Origin: Calcarisporiella thermophila CBS 279.70
Lineage: Eukaryota; Fungi; Calcarisporiellomycota
Direction of reading: 5' to 3'
Assembly: GCF_041956535.1 (NCBI RefSeq)
Contig: NW_027192219.1
Location: 134,546 to 198,545, forward strand
DNA: 64,000 nt
Part shown: positions 1-14,591 of the stretch, in pieces
How positions within the stretch are numbered: the first letter of the stretch is position 1
Layout: each line of letters opens with the position of its first letter
The notes under the pieces: model-generated
The model's input: only the letters and a program-made list of their open reading frames with translations
What the model was told of the DNA's origin: nothing
The model's database searches: none
Translations under genes and position numbers: made by a program

Positions 1-119
1 TAAATGCCGATGTGTGCCAAAGATACCCAAATATTTTTTATATCCTCTCCACCATTCCATCTAAATATTTTTTATTTACAACGGTGATACTTTTATTTTT
101 TAACAATATCTGACATCTA

Positions 120-1151
120 TGAGGCCAACTCGTAAAAAGATTCGAGAACGTGTGCTTGAACTTTCAAGCAAGTGAGTATCCACACGTAAGATTGGAGCAC
201 TAGTGGGAATAAGCCGTGAAACTGCTAGAAGGATAATCAAAGAATGGAGCATCCCGAAATATCCTTCTATGAAGCCAAAATATGGTCGTCCACGTAGTCT
301 AAGTGAATCAAATGAGAAATACATTTCTAAGGCGTCAACCGGAGAGTGTTCTAAGCTTGTCGACTTGCAGTAAGTTATCAAAGAAGAGCTGAAGAAGAGC
401 TGAAGAAGAGCGTAACAAACAAAACTGTAAAAATGATGCTTAGAAGGCACGAAGTGAAGCCTCGACCAAAGCCTAGGAAGCCTTTGCTGCTCCCGCGCCA
501 TTTTAAAGCTCGATTCAAATTCGCAGCTCAACTTGTTGGGTGGGATTTTAAGACCATATAAACCATAATATTCTTGGATGAAACCATAGTGCCCTTTTTA
601 CAGACCACTGGGAAGGAATACACATACGTAAAGAAGGGGCAACCTCTGCGAGAGTGCAATATTATTCCAACCACGAAGCAGGGAAAAGAGGCAATCATGA
701 TATGGGGCTGCTTCACCTCGCAAGGAGTGGGGCTTCTACTTCGTGTAGAAGGTGAAATAAATGCCAGGACATATCAGAACATTTTAGATGAAGGTTTTCT
801 TGGAACACTCGAACGGTACGGGATAGACAAAGATAAGATCATTTTCCAACATGACAATGCCCCCCTCATATCGCCAAGTCAACTCAAGCATGGCTGCGAG
901 ATCGCAATATAAGAGTATTAGAATGGCCTGCTCAGTTACCAGATTTAAATCCCATAGAGAACGCGTGGAGCCTCTTGAAGAGGAGGCTTCGAGATTATTC
1001 TACTCGGCAAAAGGATAGGGAAGAGCTCTGGGAACGAATCAAATATACGTGGGAGAATATAGATAAGGCTTATATTGATAACTTATACGAGAGTATGTTG
1101 AGGAGACTCCGAGCTGTTTATAAAGCTAGAGAAGGATACACGAAGTATTGA
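120..1151 (+). mobile_element. Degenerate Tc1-family (DD34E) transposase remnant
   Basis: Motifs DET, MIWGCF and FQHDNAP, then after a frameshift WPAQLPDLNPIENAW and C-terminal EGYTKY*. About 34 residues lie between the second D and the E. Several frameshifts; 5' boundary approximate. Confidence 0.9.
381..411 (+). repeat. 11-bp tandem repeat (AAGAAGAGCTG x2.8) inside the Tc1 remnant
   Basis: Read directly from the sequence. Confidence 0.85.
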
Positions 1152-1492
1152 AATATTTTTGTGAAATAACGATCTCTTCAATTTTATCATGAAGGTCATT
1201 TTTCCCGAGCATCAATATTAATACCCGTGGTTTCTTAGAAAACGCATATATAACCGGGATAGCGGGTGGAACAGCATATAGTGTAGATCCTCCAGTGTTT
1301 GATAATAAAGGCGCTTGTATAATATTCCATCCATCCAGGAGAATTGAGCATCCAAAGAAATATTGTTAAAACACTGTGGCACAATTTTCCCTACTTATAT
1401 ATTTCATGAAAATTTGCAATATTCCGAGATTATACTTATGCCCAAATTCCTTTTTGATGTTACCCCGTATTATTAGATATAATTACCATAAA

Positions 1493-2421
1493 ATGACGCG
1501 TTCAATGCCTCTTCTCATCACCGATTTTGACCGCACCATCACCCAAGAAGATACCATTTCCATCTTGGCACAGTATGCTTACAAATCTCGTGGGGAAGAA
1601 TTTTCTCTCACCCCCCCTACTACATCTCTCGTGTCACAACACCAAAACGATCTCGTTCCTTGGTGGAAAATTGTTAAAGATTATGTAGAGGATTTGGAGA
1701 AAAACGTGCCTCCACAGTCAGATGATCTGGACGCAGTATTGGATTTTACTCACGAAGTGGAACATCGATCACTTTCTCGAATCGAGGCTGCAAAAATATT
1801 TCGCTCACTTACGCCAAGCTCTCTTTATAACGAGGCTATGTCGCTTCCTTTACAACCTCATGTCCTAGACGTGCTTTCCCATCCGTCTTTGACCTCGCTT
1901 ACTTACATAATTTCGGTAAATTGGTCTAGAGATTGGATTCAGGGTGCAACACGTGGCTCTGTCCCAAAAGACAGAATAATAAGCAATGACTTAGAGATGC
2001 AAGGAAACACGACAACAGGTATGGTAATAAGGCGATGTGTTACTGGCGCAGATAAGCGTAAAGAAATGCGAAAAATTAGGGAAAAGGAGAAGAAACCGAT
2101 CATATACGTTGGTGACTCGGTTACGGATTTGGGGTGTTTAGGTAAACTGATATACTCGATATCAAATAGTCAGCGCATCCCCTTACAGATAATGGTATCT
2201 TGCTTTTGAATACAACAGTGGATGCCGATGTAGGTTTTGTTTTTGGTGACAGCACCTCCCTACTCACCCAGATCCGCAGGCTCAAGATAGAGCTCTTAAG
2301 ATCTCCTCCCCCTCCTCTCGATGCACTGTTAGGGGCCAATCCAGGGTTTCATATATCACCTGTACTCTACAAAGTTACATCGTGGAAAGAAATTGGCAAA
2401 TGGCTAGAGTTTGATCTCTAG
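1493..2421 (+). CDS. HAD-superfamily phosphatase (CTO1/UPF0655-like; resembles the HAD domain of plant thiamine-phosphate phosphatase)
   Basis: Motif I DFDRTIT and motif ISVNWS; YVGDSVTDLGCL|VDADVG is joined by intron 2142-2218. In-frame upstream ATGs at 1406 and 1457. Confidence 0.8.
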
Positions 2422-3105
2422 TGTTACCAAGTTGATGTGTGGAGAACCGTGTATATTAAAATTTTAGAAGACATAACAGAGGCTTCGTATTATTTGCCAA
2501 ACAAAATGGGATGTAACAGTAAAGCTTGCAATGAAATTGCAATTCTATCGCCGTCACTCTATTTTTCGCCTCCATACAACTCTCTAATTCAAGACTAGCA
2601 ACGAAAGGAAATATAAATTAGGGTTTGGCCATCTTTCATAATCAATCCATCAATCACATGTATCGAAAATTGCAATTTGCTTCACTTTGCAATCCTAACA
2701 CTTGGACTTTTTCCAATCAGCGACTTTCTAACTTGTTTACTGTAATATATATTATGCAAGTCCTTCATATCAACGTGGGGGATCATGGTGTATACAAATT
2801 GGCTTTTAAGAATTATAGTGGAAACCTCTTTTCTGAGTTAAATCGGGGAACAAGATTGGTAAGCAGAAGGATGAGGGGCTGTATGTCTAAACACCAAGCT
2901 TTTATGTCTGAAAACAGCCCCATTGCATGAATCTCTAGGCGTTCCCCAATATACGAATGCTTCGCACCTGTGAAGGCACTCGAAATTTCATTCCCAATTC
3001 GTAGTTTCGAATACCAGTCACAATTTTCTTAAGGATCCAATTGTTCGCCCTTCTAAATTTTGTCCACTTTTAATACAAAAAAAAAATATAAAAATTGCTT
3101 ATGCC

Positions 3106-4003
3106 ATGACCATCCCACTATCCGGCAATTTGTCGGATACTAATCCTATGCCCACCGCTAAACAAAAGAGGCGCCCTCTCGTTCACCGGGTTCCTATTCC
3201 TTCCCATAATCCCGAGAGCATAATGGGAATACACGGGCTTTTTTCCGATGCGGACAGTGTAGAAACCACAGGACTACCACTTTGGACCAATGATGACGTT
3301 AGAGACGTGAGGAAAGGATTCGAGATGGAACTAAGCACCCTTTTAAAATCCGAGAGTGCAGAAGCCGAAGTCAAAGGAAAGGAAAAAGAGATAGAGAAGG
3401 AAGATTTGGACACCGCTTCGAAGAAGGAAAAGGAAGATTATCTCCCGGATCCAGAGGAGATGAAGGATAAAGTGGTGCGGATCGGGCGTGACTATTCGCT
3501 GGGCGAGCAGACGCGCTTTTTAACTGATCTACCAAAAGAACTGGAGTGCAAAGTGAGTATTGACTAGGCAAAGGCCAAATATGGTTTCTCTCATTAATTT
3601 AATGGTTGCTTCAGGTAAATAGAGAAATGTTCGAAAATACGATCCACAGAATAAATGCCCAGTTGAAACATGCTGAGAGTTTGATTTACAACAGCTGTGA
3701 CAATCTCTTGGGCTGTTTAACTATTTACCTCTGGACTCTAGTAATCCCATCGCATTATCAAAAGGTAAATCGTCTACCCATTTTCACGAGCTCAGATTGG
3801 ATGGCTAATAGTTAGAGGACGTTTAGGCCATGAAAAAGCTCAGCAAGATTATACAAGAGGAAAACCGAGTTTATAATAAGCTGGGGCTCCACATTCGCGA
3901 TCCCATACAGTGTGCTTATTTATTTGTAAGTCCCGGATACTTTCTCAATGCATACACTGGCACTAATGATGCTTTACTCTAGTTGGAGATTGACCTTATT
4001 TGA
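3106..4003 (+). CDS. Golgin A7/ERF4-family Ras palmitoyltransferase subunit
   Basis: VVRIGRDYS..TRFLTDLPKELE..FENTIHRIN pattern; four exons ending LEIDLI*. Confidence 0.75.
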
Positions 4004-4723
4004 ACCTGCTATATTAGACCCCAGGACATAGAACAGCATTTTCAATGTTATTCCCCTATCTGAATTACTTTTTGCTTTTTTCATACATTATATGGCTTTC
4101 TCTATGATCTTTGTTTACCTTGTATTCATATGTACTAATTCTAAGCACCTCGATATTTTTATTCGTTTATTTTATTTTCCAAAAAATGTTGGGTTTGCTC
4201 CAAAAACAAACCTTTTAAGCCCCTTTACTCTTCAGATGCTTATGCTGCTCTTGTTCTCCGCTGGACTTTTTTGGGACTTTCCTCCTCCCCTTGACCCCTC
4301 CATTTTCTTAACCCGTATACATCATTGGTTTGTTAATATTTCATGCTCCTCAGACCACGCTATAGCTTACTGTAACCTCCATTCTCGATTTTTTTTTCCT
4401 CCCTCTTTTCTTACAAAAGTATTTAGGTGTGAAAAATCCCGTTCATATTAAACAATATGCCTGAATGCTTAATTTAACATCACAGCTCTACTGTTGAGCT
4501 TAATGAAATTGGATCAAATAGCTTTTGGGAATTTTTGGAATAGAGTGCAGCGGAGGGCATTATGGGGTGGAAAAAAAAAAGCACTTTAATTGAAATGGTA
4601 TCGTGTAGTTTTGAGTCGGATTTTAATAAGCGTTTCAAATTATGGTCAGAATTAACAGTTAAGAAAACTGCGCCCCTTACATTATGAAATCAGATTCATC
4701 AATGACTCTTTCAAACTTAAAAT

Positions 4724-5529
4724 ATGGACCGACCTTATAAACGCATAGCCTATAATGACGAAAAACCGATAGAGGAGCAGGCAGAATTTATTGACGATCA
4801 AGGTACCTTTTCTTTCAGGTTTCTTCTTTGTATGAAATTAATCAGTTGTTTCCAGAGCAAGATCGATTAATTGAAGAGCTACGGCAACAAAACGAGAAAT
4901 CGAATCGGTTCTTTAGAGTAAGGAATCATGCATTAATGCTGCATTTAAACCCCCATCTCTGACCATTAGTTTTGTAGTCTGCCCTCAGCATCATATCATT
5001 TTGCATCGCAGGATGGTAACTTTTTCATCCTATTTGTTTTGAATATTAGTGCAAATACGCTAATGTAATTCATAGGCATCTTCTCTTGATTCGTTCTGCT
5101 CTATTTTCCAATCCTGTATTGCCTCTTCCTATATCCCCGCCCATGGAAACTCGTAACTGGTTCCCTATCTCTTCCGCTCTTCTCTCAATTCTCTCCCAAG
5201 TTCTACTTACTGTTGCTCTCTGGGAGGAAGGCCGGTCTGCTAGTGAACGTCTATCTCTATCTGCCACTCGTGTTCAAGAGGAGGAGCGTGCTGGCCGATT
5301 AGCTACTGGTGCCAAGTCTCGAGCTAATGCAGCTGTCCTTGCCGCTCTGGGCTTGGCAGTGTTGCCTGTCATGTTGACTTTTGCAGTAGCAGACGGGATC
5401 GAGTTAGGCTTCTGGATGATCCCCTCTATAGTGGTTGCGCTGAATTTAGTAGCAATAAAAACAATGCGTGAAGGGGACAGTGGGATCATCGAGCTAGAGA
5501 GAGCCAAGTATAAATATAAAGGTGCTTAA
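4724..5529 (+). CDS. Small multi-pass membrane protein, uncharacterised
   Basis: Spliced ORF MDRPY..FIDDQ|EQDRLIEELR.., several hydrophobic segments, ending LERAKYKYKGA*. Confidence 0.7.
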
Positions 5530-5874
5530 TTCAATATTTCCATTGCCTTTTTCATCGCTACCTGTATCTTATTTCCTCATGTTCTATAAGAATATCCATT
5601 TTCACACATATCCAAAGAGCAAGAGTGACTTAAAATGTTGTTCACGAATCAGAGGGGGAGTTAGAGAAATCGTTTTAAATTAGTTCTTAAATCAGAGCTG
5701 ATACAAATGATGTAAAAATTTCATCCGAATTCCGCCGAGAAGACAAATGAAAACAAAATATTCAGAACCATCTTCTTCGATTTCCACCCCTTTCTCCCTG
5801 CTCTTCTTTTTGTACGTAACCCTATAGAACTAAAATCTATATAGCCGCCTCCTCGACATATACCACCGAATCTA

Positions 5875-6466
5875 ATGAGACTTTTCACGTAAGCTATCCC
5901 ATTCTTGGTTGCATTTCATTTTCAGTTGAATTAAACTGTGGTTCTCTAGGACAACTCACAAGTTCAACTACTCATGGCAGCAAGTTAGCGCCGCTAATTG
6001 GCGCAAATACCCCAACGAAGATTGCCCCCATGTGGTCTCAGTCGATGTTCTTGACCGAAGAGTTGACCCAGAGACAGGCATCATGGTAACGGAGCGTCTG
6101 CTTACGATTGAGCAGAATGCACCGGCCTTTATCCGTCGGATCCTTGGTCAGGACGTTACTGTTCAATATTGCCACGAAATCTCCATCCTAGATCCTCGCA
6201 ACAAAACACTGTCAATGAAAAGTCGTAATCTTTCTTGGCAAAATGTGATGACCGTTGAGGAGCGTATTACCTATAAAGGTGAAGGCGACCAAACCGTCTT
6301 CACTCAGGAGGCTGAAATCAATGCATCGAACGCATTTAGCAGGGTGAAGGAATACATAGAAGATTTCTGCGTAAAGCGGTTCAGTGATAATGCAGCTAAG
6401 GGTCGTGATGCCTTCGAAAGAGTTCTGGTTAGCCTGACGGGCGAGAGACAAGGACTGGCGGTGTAA
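5875..6466 (+). CDS. PRELI/MSF1 lipid-transfer protein (Ups2/PRELID3-like)
   Basis: MRLFT|TTHKFNYSWQQVSAANWRKYPNEDCPHVVSVDVLDR..TERL; one intron. Confidence 0.92.
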
Positions 6467-6937
6467 ACAAGACAGTTTATTTTCTTTAGAGTCGACTCCA
6501 AAACCACCGTTATTATTTCCTCCCTTTCTCTTGGTATACCCAAGCTCATAACATCTCGTCTCGTTCTCCTATAGAGATTTTTTTTTTGGTGCATGTTTTA
6601 GGCTTATTTCCGCCCATGCTAAAAATACGCTCAGCTTTTTTTTTGCTGACCGTCTGCTGTATATAGATTTCCCCTCTCTTTCGCTTTGCGCTTGCCCTAT
6701 TATTTGTCGTTTTTCTGCTCTTTCTTAAGAACATCCTTATATCTTTTTATCATTATACAATATGTTTTTTTTGTATGTACTTATGAAGTTGACTAAAATA
6801 ATATATTTTTACGAATTATTTTACAAAAAGAAATTTATTATATTCCTCGATAGAGTAAGTGGAAAGGATTAAAAAAGGGAGGCAACCAACAACAATATGG
6901 CCATAACATGAATATCAACAGCTCAAACAGTATGATT

Positions 6938-9033
6938 CTATATCTTTAGACTTGAGGTCATGCTATTCTTCGTGCCGATATCCCAATCTAACCTTTGCTT
7001 TTGCAACTGTTTCCGCCGCATAGACAACAAAAATTGAGCCCGCTCTAATTTCCGTTTCTTTGCGACGGGGCTGTCCCCCTCATTTCGCGATGGCGAGTTA
7101 TCCGATTTGCACTCCACAATCCAAGTAGGACATGTGCTCACCATCTTTTCAGAGAATTCAGTCGTAGCCTCCTTGTTTTCGAGCTTGAGCCGCTTCTTAT
7201 CCTCCCCATTCCCAACCCTCTTTGATTCCTCGCTCTGTTTATCGGATCCAACAAGGCGGGTCGCTTTTGTGTCGTGAATTGGCGATGATACTTGCTTATT
7301 CGCACTTATTAGGGAGCTATTCTTTGTTGGCGTCCCACCATTCATCGAGCTCGATGAAGCGGTGTCATGAATATGGTTGGGTCCATTATTTGGACTTGCA
7401 GCCATGTTGACCAGCACCTTGCTCTCAGCTGAACCCGATGAAGGCTTTCTATTCACTTTCGCGACTTCATTTTTTTGCGCATCTCCCTGCAGTGCTGTGT
7501 GCGCCTCATCCTCTCGTAAATAAAAGAGGATGTATGCCTGCTGTGAGAGAACCGTTTTGAGGCTGACCTGCTGAACAGATTCATCATCCATCTCGTACCA
7601 TTTGCCACTGGGACTTTTGACGTAGCAATAGTAATGGCCTAAGCGACATGAAGATCCTTGATGAACTAATACAGCGTATAGCTTGTAACGGAGAGAGCCT
7701 GCCGACTAAGCAATTATTGAAATATAGGTCAGCTTGAAATTAAACAAGCATCAAATATGCATCCAGAATTACCATCTTCTCGCTCATGTAGGGTGATATA
7801 TCAATTTCTTCATCATAGACAACCTGCTTTCCCACCTTACCAGGATATCCAAATCGTGGGTCAAATGCAAATCTTTTCAACTGCACCGTCAGAGCCATCG
7901 GGGCTCGATGTATCGACATACGCTTTAGCGCATCAACGCGAACCTTGCATTTTTCGCATTGATATTGATTTGCCTTTGTGAGGCGGTCTGGCCGAGTAAA
8001 GGTCTGGAATGCACCCATGAGTGTAGAATGCACGTCAAGGCTGATATCAAGCATCGGTTCAAACGTGTTGGATTTGTGGCGGCAACGAAGGCATTCAACT
8101 TGACTCCGGAGATAGCCTCCAAATATTTGATGAATCAGCGTAGTCTCTTTAAGGCGGGGTTCAAGGGTACTGCTTACAGGAACCATCGAGTAAGTGTCGA
8201 AGCTCCAAGAAAATTAAAAATATCTTCCAAACCTCTTAAATGGTAGTAGGCAGCTACGCTGGATAGCATCCACAACATATCGCATGAATTCATGAGCATC
8301 TTCCTGGCGGCCCCTACGCATGTGTTTAGCAATGTCTATTTACGAAAAGGGGGGATTAGGAAGACGAAAACATAAGAGAGATCCTGACAATCTGCTAACG
8401 TTTTAGGCGGGAAACGACTCCATCAGGCGCCATAGCCCGTGTTCCTCCATTTCCTCGCGAAAAGCAGCTAGTGACATGATGTTGCATAGTACAGAGCATG
8501 CAAAAATCACCCTTCCTCATAATCGAACCTAGAACAAAGTGAATTTCTCAAAAAAGAGGAATCGGGAAAAATATTAAATGTCTCCTACAAGTTTTCCGAT
8601 GCTCATGGAATAACAAAAAATTGGCAAATGGAGGGGTATAAGTCAGACATTGTAATACAGAATTAAGGAAGCATGTGTTTCCAAGATTATGAAGGCCAGT
8701 TCCGATAGGAAGTTGCTTTTCCCAGCGTGAGCAGAGGCGGTGTTTTGAGAAAAGTGATTTCTTTGTCCATCTAAATCCATCTTCATCTTCCTCCCATTCT
8801 ACTACCATAAAAACTCCCTCGTCAACAACTTTCATGGAATAAAATCTGAATGTTGATTCCATACCAATGTTCTTAGCACCACTGTCTTTTACTTGCTTCG
8901 GCGAATCAGTGTTAAGGCTTGGCTGTGGTTGCGGGCGAGCCTTCTTGAACTTACTGTGTTTTAACAAAGAAGAGGTTTTACGTAAGAAAGATTCAGATTG
9001 ATCGGCGGTATATTGTCGTTTCAGGGCGACCAT
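6938..9033 (-). CDS. Ubiquitin-specific protease, USP36/USP42-like
   Basis: Cys box GLHNLGNTCFLNSVLQCL, QEDAHEF, IFGGYLRSQV, His box GHYYCYVK, MDD..AYILFY. Confidence 0.92.
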
Positions 9034-9233
9034 ATTCAGGATGGAAGTGGGAAAATTATATGGAATATACAAGAATAAGGAGTGCTATACGAACAGGAGA
9101 TAATAAAAGTATGGACCCACTGATTTGTTTACACAGAAACACGGTCACATATTTTATTGATAAAGAATGATGAAATCCAGATCAAATTCAACTTTAAATA
9201 TGAGATATGTTCAAACACAAATAAATATACAGA

Positions 9234-10514
9234 TTACTCCACCTTTTCCTGAGAGTAACCCATTTCAACCGCAAATGCCACAGATAATTTGGCAAACTCC
9301 TTCATATGGTTGAAACTCAAACGATCCATAGTATCGCTGGTGCTATGGATATATGGATCCGAGTCCTCAAATTTCGACTCGAAGGCGAATGCACTTGCAT
9401 ATCCAACCTTAGCCCATGATCCATGATCGCTACATGCGTATCCGCACGTCGTGTCGCGCCAGGGAATTGCTGCGTATGCCTCAATTAGACGTTTGATTAG
9501 ACTTGTCAATTCCTTGTCAGTGTAGTCATTTACAACTCCAAACGACTCCTGTTTGCCAACCCATCCTGTCATGTCATTCTGCAGCATCCCTGCGACTCTC
9601 TTGCTGGATTTACGATATGCCCGTGAAACTGCTTGTGAGCCAAGAAGACCTGCCTCCTCTGCAGAGTACCAATGGAATTCTACGGTACGCTCTGGAGCGA
9701 AGCCGGCTTCAACTAAAACTCGAAATGCTTCCAAAGTCGTTACCGTTCCACTGCCATCATCATCTGCTCCTGGAGCACGGCCCTGGCTTGGGAACCACAT
9801 ATTCACAGAGTCCTGATGTGCCCCCACAATCACAATTTCTTCCGAGGCGTTATGAGAAGTCCCTGGGAACTGAGCAATAATCGAAAACTGATCCCATTCG
9901 TGTTCAAATTTCGCAACAGTGACGTTCGTAGGACCCGCTTCAGCAATCTCTTTGACTTGGCTGTAAAGCCAGGCAGCAGATTGTGCCCCATACTTGGATT
10001 TATAATACCGGTTATGGAACGAGGAGAATTTAGTAAGGGCCAGTTTCATGCCATCGATTGCAAGATTATTGATGAGACTTTTAACCTCGTCCTTATGCGA
10101 TGCTTCCTTTGGAATAACTAGTAGATAAAGTTGTTAATAATATATACAAAATATACGAACGAACCATTTATCTACCTGGGCGTTCGATGCTGAAGAGCTG
10201 AGGATTAAAATCCTAATATAGATTATAGGAGAGAAATAATTGTATAAAATCTCAAGAAAAATCGACTCATGAATAGGGCACAATCATACTTGGGAATCTG
10301 TCACATCCATGAACTTTTTTCCGCGAATTCTTAAGAATTGTATTTGGAGCTCTGTCATCCAGACAGGAGGCGAATCCTCACTAGTGGAAATCAACCGCAA
10401 TCCAAAATCTTTCGCGCCCAACTGGAACGGCCTCTGAATGGTGAGGCCCCATGGAAGCGCGACTACATTAGAGAAGAGAAAGAGCGCACTCAAGCTGGCT
10501 AGAAGTTTGACCAT
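9234..10514 (-). CDS. Secreted M28 leucine aminopeptidase (LAP1-like)
   Basis: Signal peptide; GAHQDS, GADDDGSG, SAEEAGLLGS, QNDMTG, CGYACSDH, PYIH. Confidence 0.93.
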
Positions 10515-11488
10515 ATTTTTGGTGATTTAGAAGAGAACAAAGCTGAAGCGTTATCCGTGGCAAAACGCGGAAGTTAAATTTTACAATTATTAACCATGTG
10601 ATGTGGGCTTAGAATGCATTAATTGTGCAATTCCTCATAAATGTTAACTTGTTCAACCAATTCAAAATACCTTTAACTCACCTTTTTAGCGTGCAAACGG
10701 TGCTAATCATTATAAGAACGCCAAAGATTTTCATTTAACATAAAATTTTTTTATTATTAGAGAAGTTCTATAGAAAATAAGTTGACATTAACCAGGCTTT
10801 TTTTGAGACGACTTTAACCATTATTTGCTGCTGCTTTCTAAAATGGAGAGCTGGCCCAGCTATCAATTAAAATCTTCTCTGTTAAAAGCGTTTAACTGAA
10901 AACTGGTCTCTTTCCATTTCATTTAGCACTTGTCAACTATATGCTTATTAATCAAAACGATTGATCAACATAATTAATCATTCGAATATTTTCCAAAATA
11001 TTTCTAATTGAAGGTATAAAACAAAATCCTATCATCATTGTTTTATTTAATGTGACAGGTAATCAACCCTTTATGGATATACATTAGCTGCCCTAGCTGT
11101 GTAAATACAATACAACTGGATAATTATATGATATATATTTTTTTTCTACGCCACAACCGACCTGATATCGGGATTATGCGTTTTTAATTAGTTGGTATAG
11201 TGAAGGGTTGAGTGTCTCAAAGACAAAATCATATATATTTATGGTAATAGAATCAATTGCTTCAAACTAACTCTTAGACTATATATATTGAAGTTTATCA
11301 TTTTTCTTTTCTCAATAGTTTGAAACATGTGTTGGAAAAAGAAGATGATATCGTATAGCTATTAGACATTTCAAAATGCTGTGACTTGGAATTAGGAAAT
11401 TGGAAACAATTTAATTATCTACTGGTCGAAACACTGTAAACAAAGCATTTTGAGCTCTTCATTTTCAATTGAAGACCTTTATATCATC

Positions 11489-12212
11489 ATGAGACCGCTA
11501 ACAGAGGAAGAAACCAAAGTTTTTTTCGAAAAACTGGCCAAATAGTAAGTTATTTATGATGTCGATGATATTAATTTCATTGTTTTCACCGATTATTTGG
11601 ATCTCTATTCAGTATTGGCCGCAACATTACCCATCTGATTGATCGGCCAGATGAACCGTATTGCTTCAGACTGCATCGTGATAGGATTTATTATGTCAGG
11701 TATACTAAATCATACCCCCTTTTAATCAGCTCATTTGTCACCTTTGTGTGTGCATAGTGAGGCCGTCATGAGAAAAGCAACCAGCGTATCAAGAGATCAT
11801 CTTGCTTCTCTAGGTACATGCTTCGGTAAATTCACGAAAACCGGAAAATTTAGACTTCATATTACCTGCCTGGATTATATCGCACAATATGCGAAGGTAG
11901 TTATAAAAGTACAAGTGGGATACATTTCAAAACTAACTCTTCCTGATTTAGTACAAAGTATGGATCAAACCAAACGGAGAAATGCCCTACCTCTATGGGA
12001 ATCATGTTGTCAAAGCTCATCTCGGTCGCATCACAGAAGATACTCCTGAGCATCAAGGTGTTATTATCTATTCTATGGCCGACATTCCGCTTGGGTTCGG
12101 CGTTACCGCCCGCTCAACCGCCGAAATTCGAAGACTAGAGCCCACTGCCATTATTGCATTCCATCAGGCTGATATTGGGGAGTATCTGCGTGATGAGGAT
12201 ACATTGTTTTAA
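11489..12212 (+). CDS. NIP7: 60S ribosome biogenesis protein Nip7
   Basis: [56 protein letters not shown]; three introns. Confidence 0.97.
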
Positions 12213-12521
12213 TTTTCAACTTTTGTGGTTCACTATACAAGCCGAACGGATCCACTAATATCTTTGCAATCTATTTACACTTTACGTAACTTTATGCCTT
12301 CTCCGTTGTTTATTGTCAATTTCTTGTAACTGTCTTGCTATTACAATACCATTTCCGTGACTTCAGACATTCGAATTTCGAATAGAGGGTTTGATAAAAT
12401 ACAATAGAATTATTTATTCAAAAACGAAGAGAGGAAAATAAGATGCGAGGAGACATACTATATACAAAACTTCAAACGACTTGCAATGAACATATTCAAT
12501 ATGACAAACACAAATAGCTCA

Positions 12522-12991
12522 TCACATTTCTTGGGATTCAGCACCTTTCTTAGTCTTTGACTTCTGAGGCAAGAGCGAGGCGTGAATGTTGGGAAGGACA
12601 CCACCTTGAGCAATGGTGACGTGGCCAAGAAGTTTGTTCAATTCCTCATCGTTGCGGATAGCAAGTTGCAAATGACGAGGGATGATACGAGTCTTCTTGT
12701 TGTCGCGGGCAGCATTACCCGCCAATTCGAGGATTTCAGCGGCAAGATACTATAACGGAAGAGTTTAATTCCAGTCCTTCGGAGAATCCATGATGATTAG
12801 TTTACCTCCAGGACCGCAGCCAAATACACAGGGGCACCAGCACCGACACGCTGAGCATAATTTCCATTACGAAGGTGACGATGGATACGACCAACCGGAA
12901 ATTGGAGTCCGGCCTTCGCAGAACGTGAGCTTGCTGACTTTCCAGACGAGGCTTTTCCACCGGATTTACCACCAGATTTACCGCCCGACAT
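12522..12991 (-). CDS. H2A: Histone H2A with C-terminal SQEM (gamma-H2A-type motif)
   Basis: [21 protein letters not shown]|[19 protein letters not shown]; one intron. Confidence 0.98.
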
Positions 12992-13122
12992 TTTAGCAGA
13001 ATTATATCAATGTAGTATGAGAAAAAATTGTGTAAAATACTAGAGTCATGCTCTTTGGCTGTGTCCCTTTTATAGTTCTTGCACTTTCTACTAATTTTTT
13101 GAATTTTTTTTTTTTTAGATCA

Positions 13123-13147
13123 CACGAAAAAATTTCGCGTTTTCGCG
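13123..13147. promoter_or_regulatory. SCB/E2F-like elements in the H2A-H2B divergent promoter
   Basis: CACGAAAA at 13123 and TCGCGTTTTCGCG at 13135-13147. Confidence 0.55.
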
Positions 13148-13316
13148 TAAAACAGTCACAAAAATCTCGCAAAGACAGGTAAAAGAAAAAATTATCAAGA
13201 TAAATGCTTTCAAATGCAAGAACTATAAAAGGACAGTAATCTCATCAAGTTTTCCATTTATCTTAATTCTATTTATTGGGTATATCCTATCTATCGGTAA
13301 ACGACACTTAAGAGCA

Positions 13317-13775
13317 ATGGCCCCTAAATCTGCTGACAAACCTACTTCTACTGCATCGACGGCCGGAAAGGCTCCTGTTAAGACCTCTACATCCACTGGC
13401 AAAAAGGCCAAAAGTGAAGGAGGGAAAGTCAAGAGGAGAGTGCGCAAAGAAACTTATCACTCCTATATTTATAAGGTGCTGAAGCAAGTCCACCCTGACA
13501 CTGGTATCTCAAACAAGGTGCGTAAATAAATTCATACGATAATGACAAAACCCTAACTTGTACTATAGGCCATGTCAATTATGAACAGTTTCGTTGCTGA
13601 TATTTTTGAGCGAGTTGCTACGGAGGCCTCGAAACTCGCAGCTTATAACAAACGTTCAACCATTTCAAGTCGAGAAATTCAAACTGCGGTGCGTTTGATC
13701 TTACCTGGCGAATTGGCAAAGCATGCCGTGTCTGAGGGAACAAAAGCTGTGACCAAATACACCAGTTCCAAATAG
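13317..13775 (+). CDS. H2B: Histone H2B
   Basis: [24 protein letters not shown]|[18 protein letters not shown]. Confidence 0.98.
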
Positions 13776-14071
13776 CGCTTCAACCTCTCAATCCTTTTTA
13801 ACAATATCTTCATGTATTAATACTACCAGAATCTTTACACTATATAAAAATTGTGCATTTTCCGTTATATTTATTGAATAAATTGATTCTTTTTTAAATC
13901 ACGTAATTACGTTCAAAATTTCTGTGATATTCTTGTTTATCCTATTCAGCTGAGCCCTATTTTAAAACATCTATGTAAATACATTCCAGAATATTTTTTT
14001 AAAAAAATATGCAATTATTTATTAAATGAAACAATAATTTACAAAAAGAAGAATACAAAAGGCATAGCAGC

Positions 14072-14410
<339 letters not shown>

Positions 14411-14578
14411 CTAGAAAAACTGGGATCAGGAGATGTAGAAGTAAGATATTGAAAGAAGCTTGATTATTGTTAGAGTCAAATCCAAACACTAGCCAATTTA
14501 TATAAAAACATATGAATAGCGAAAAAAACTATGCCAGCTCTGATTGGATGGCGAAATCATAGTTACTATATTTGGAGA

Positions 14579-14591
14579 TCGCGTTTTCGCG
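14579..14591. promoter_or_regulatory. SCB/E2F-like element in the H4-H3 divergent promoter
   Basis: TCGCGTTTTCGCG, identical to 13135-13147; CCAAT/ATTGG boxes nearby. Confidence 0.55.

Noticed and set aside
1273-1376. Imperfect inverted repeat with CAGTGTTT ends as a MITE or Tc1 TIR
   Set aside because: Short, gapped match with no target-site duplication.
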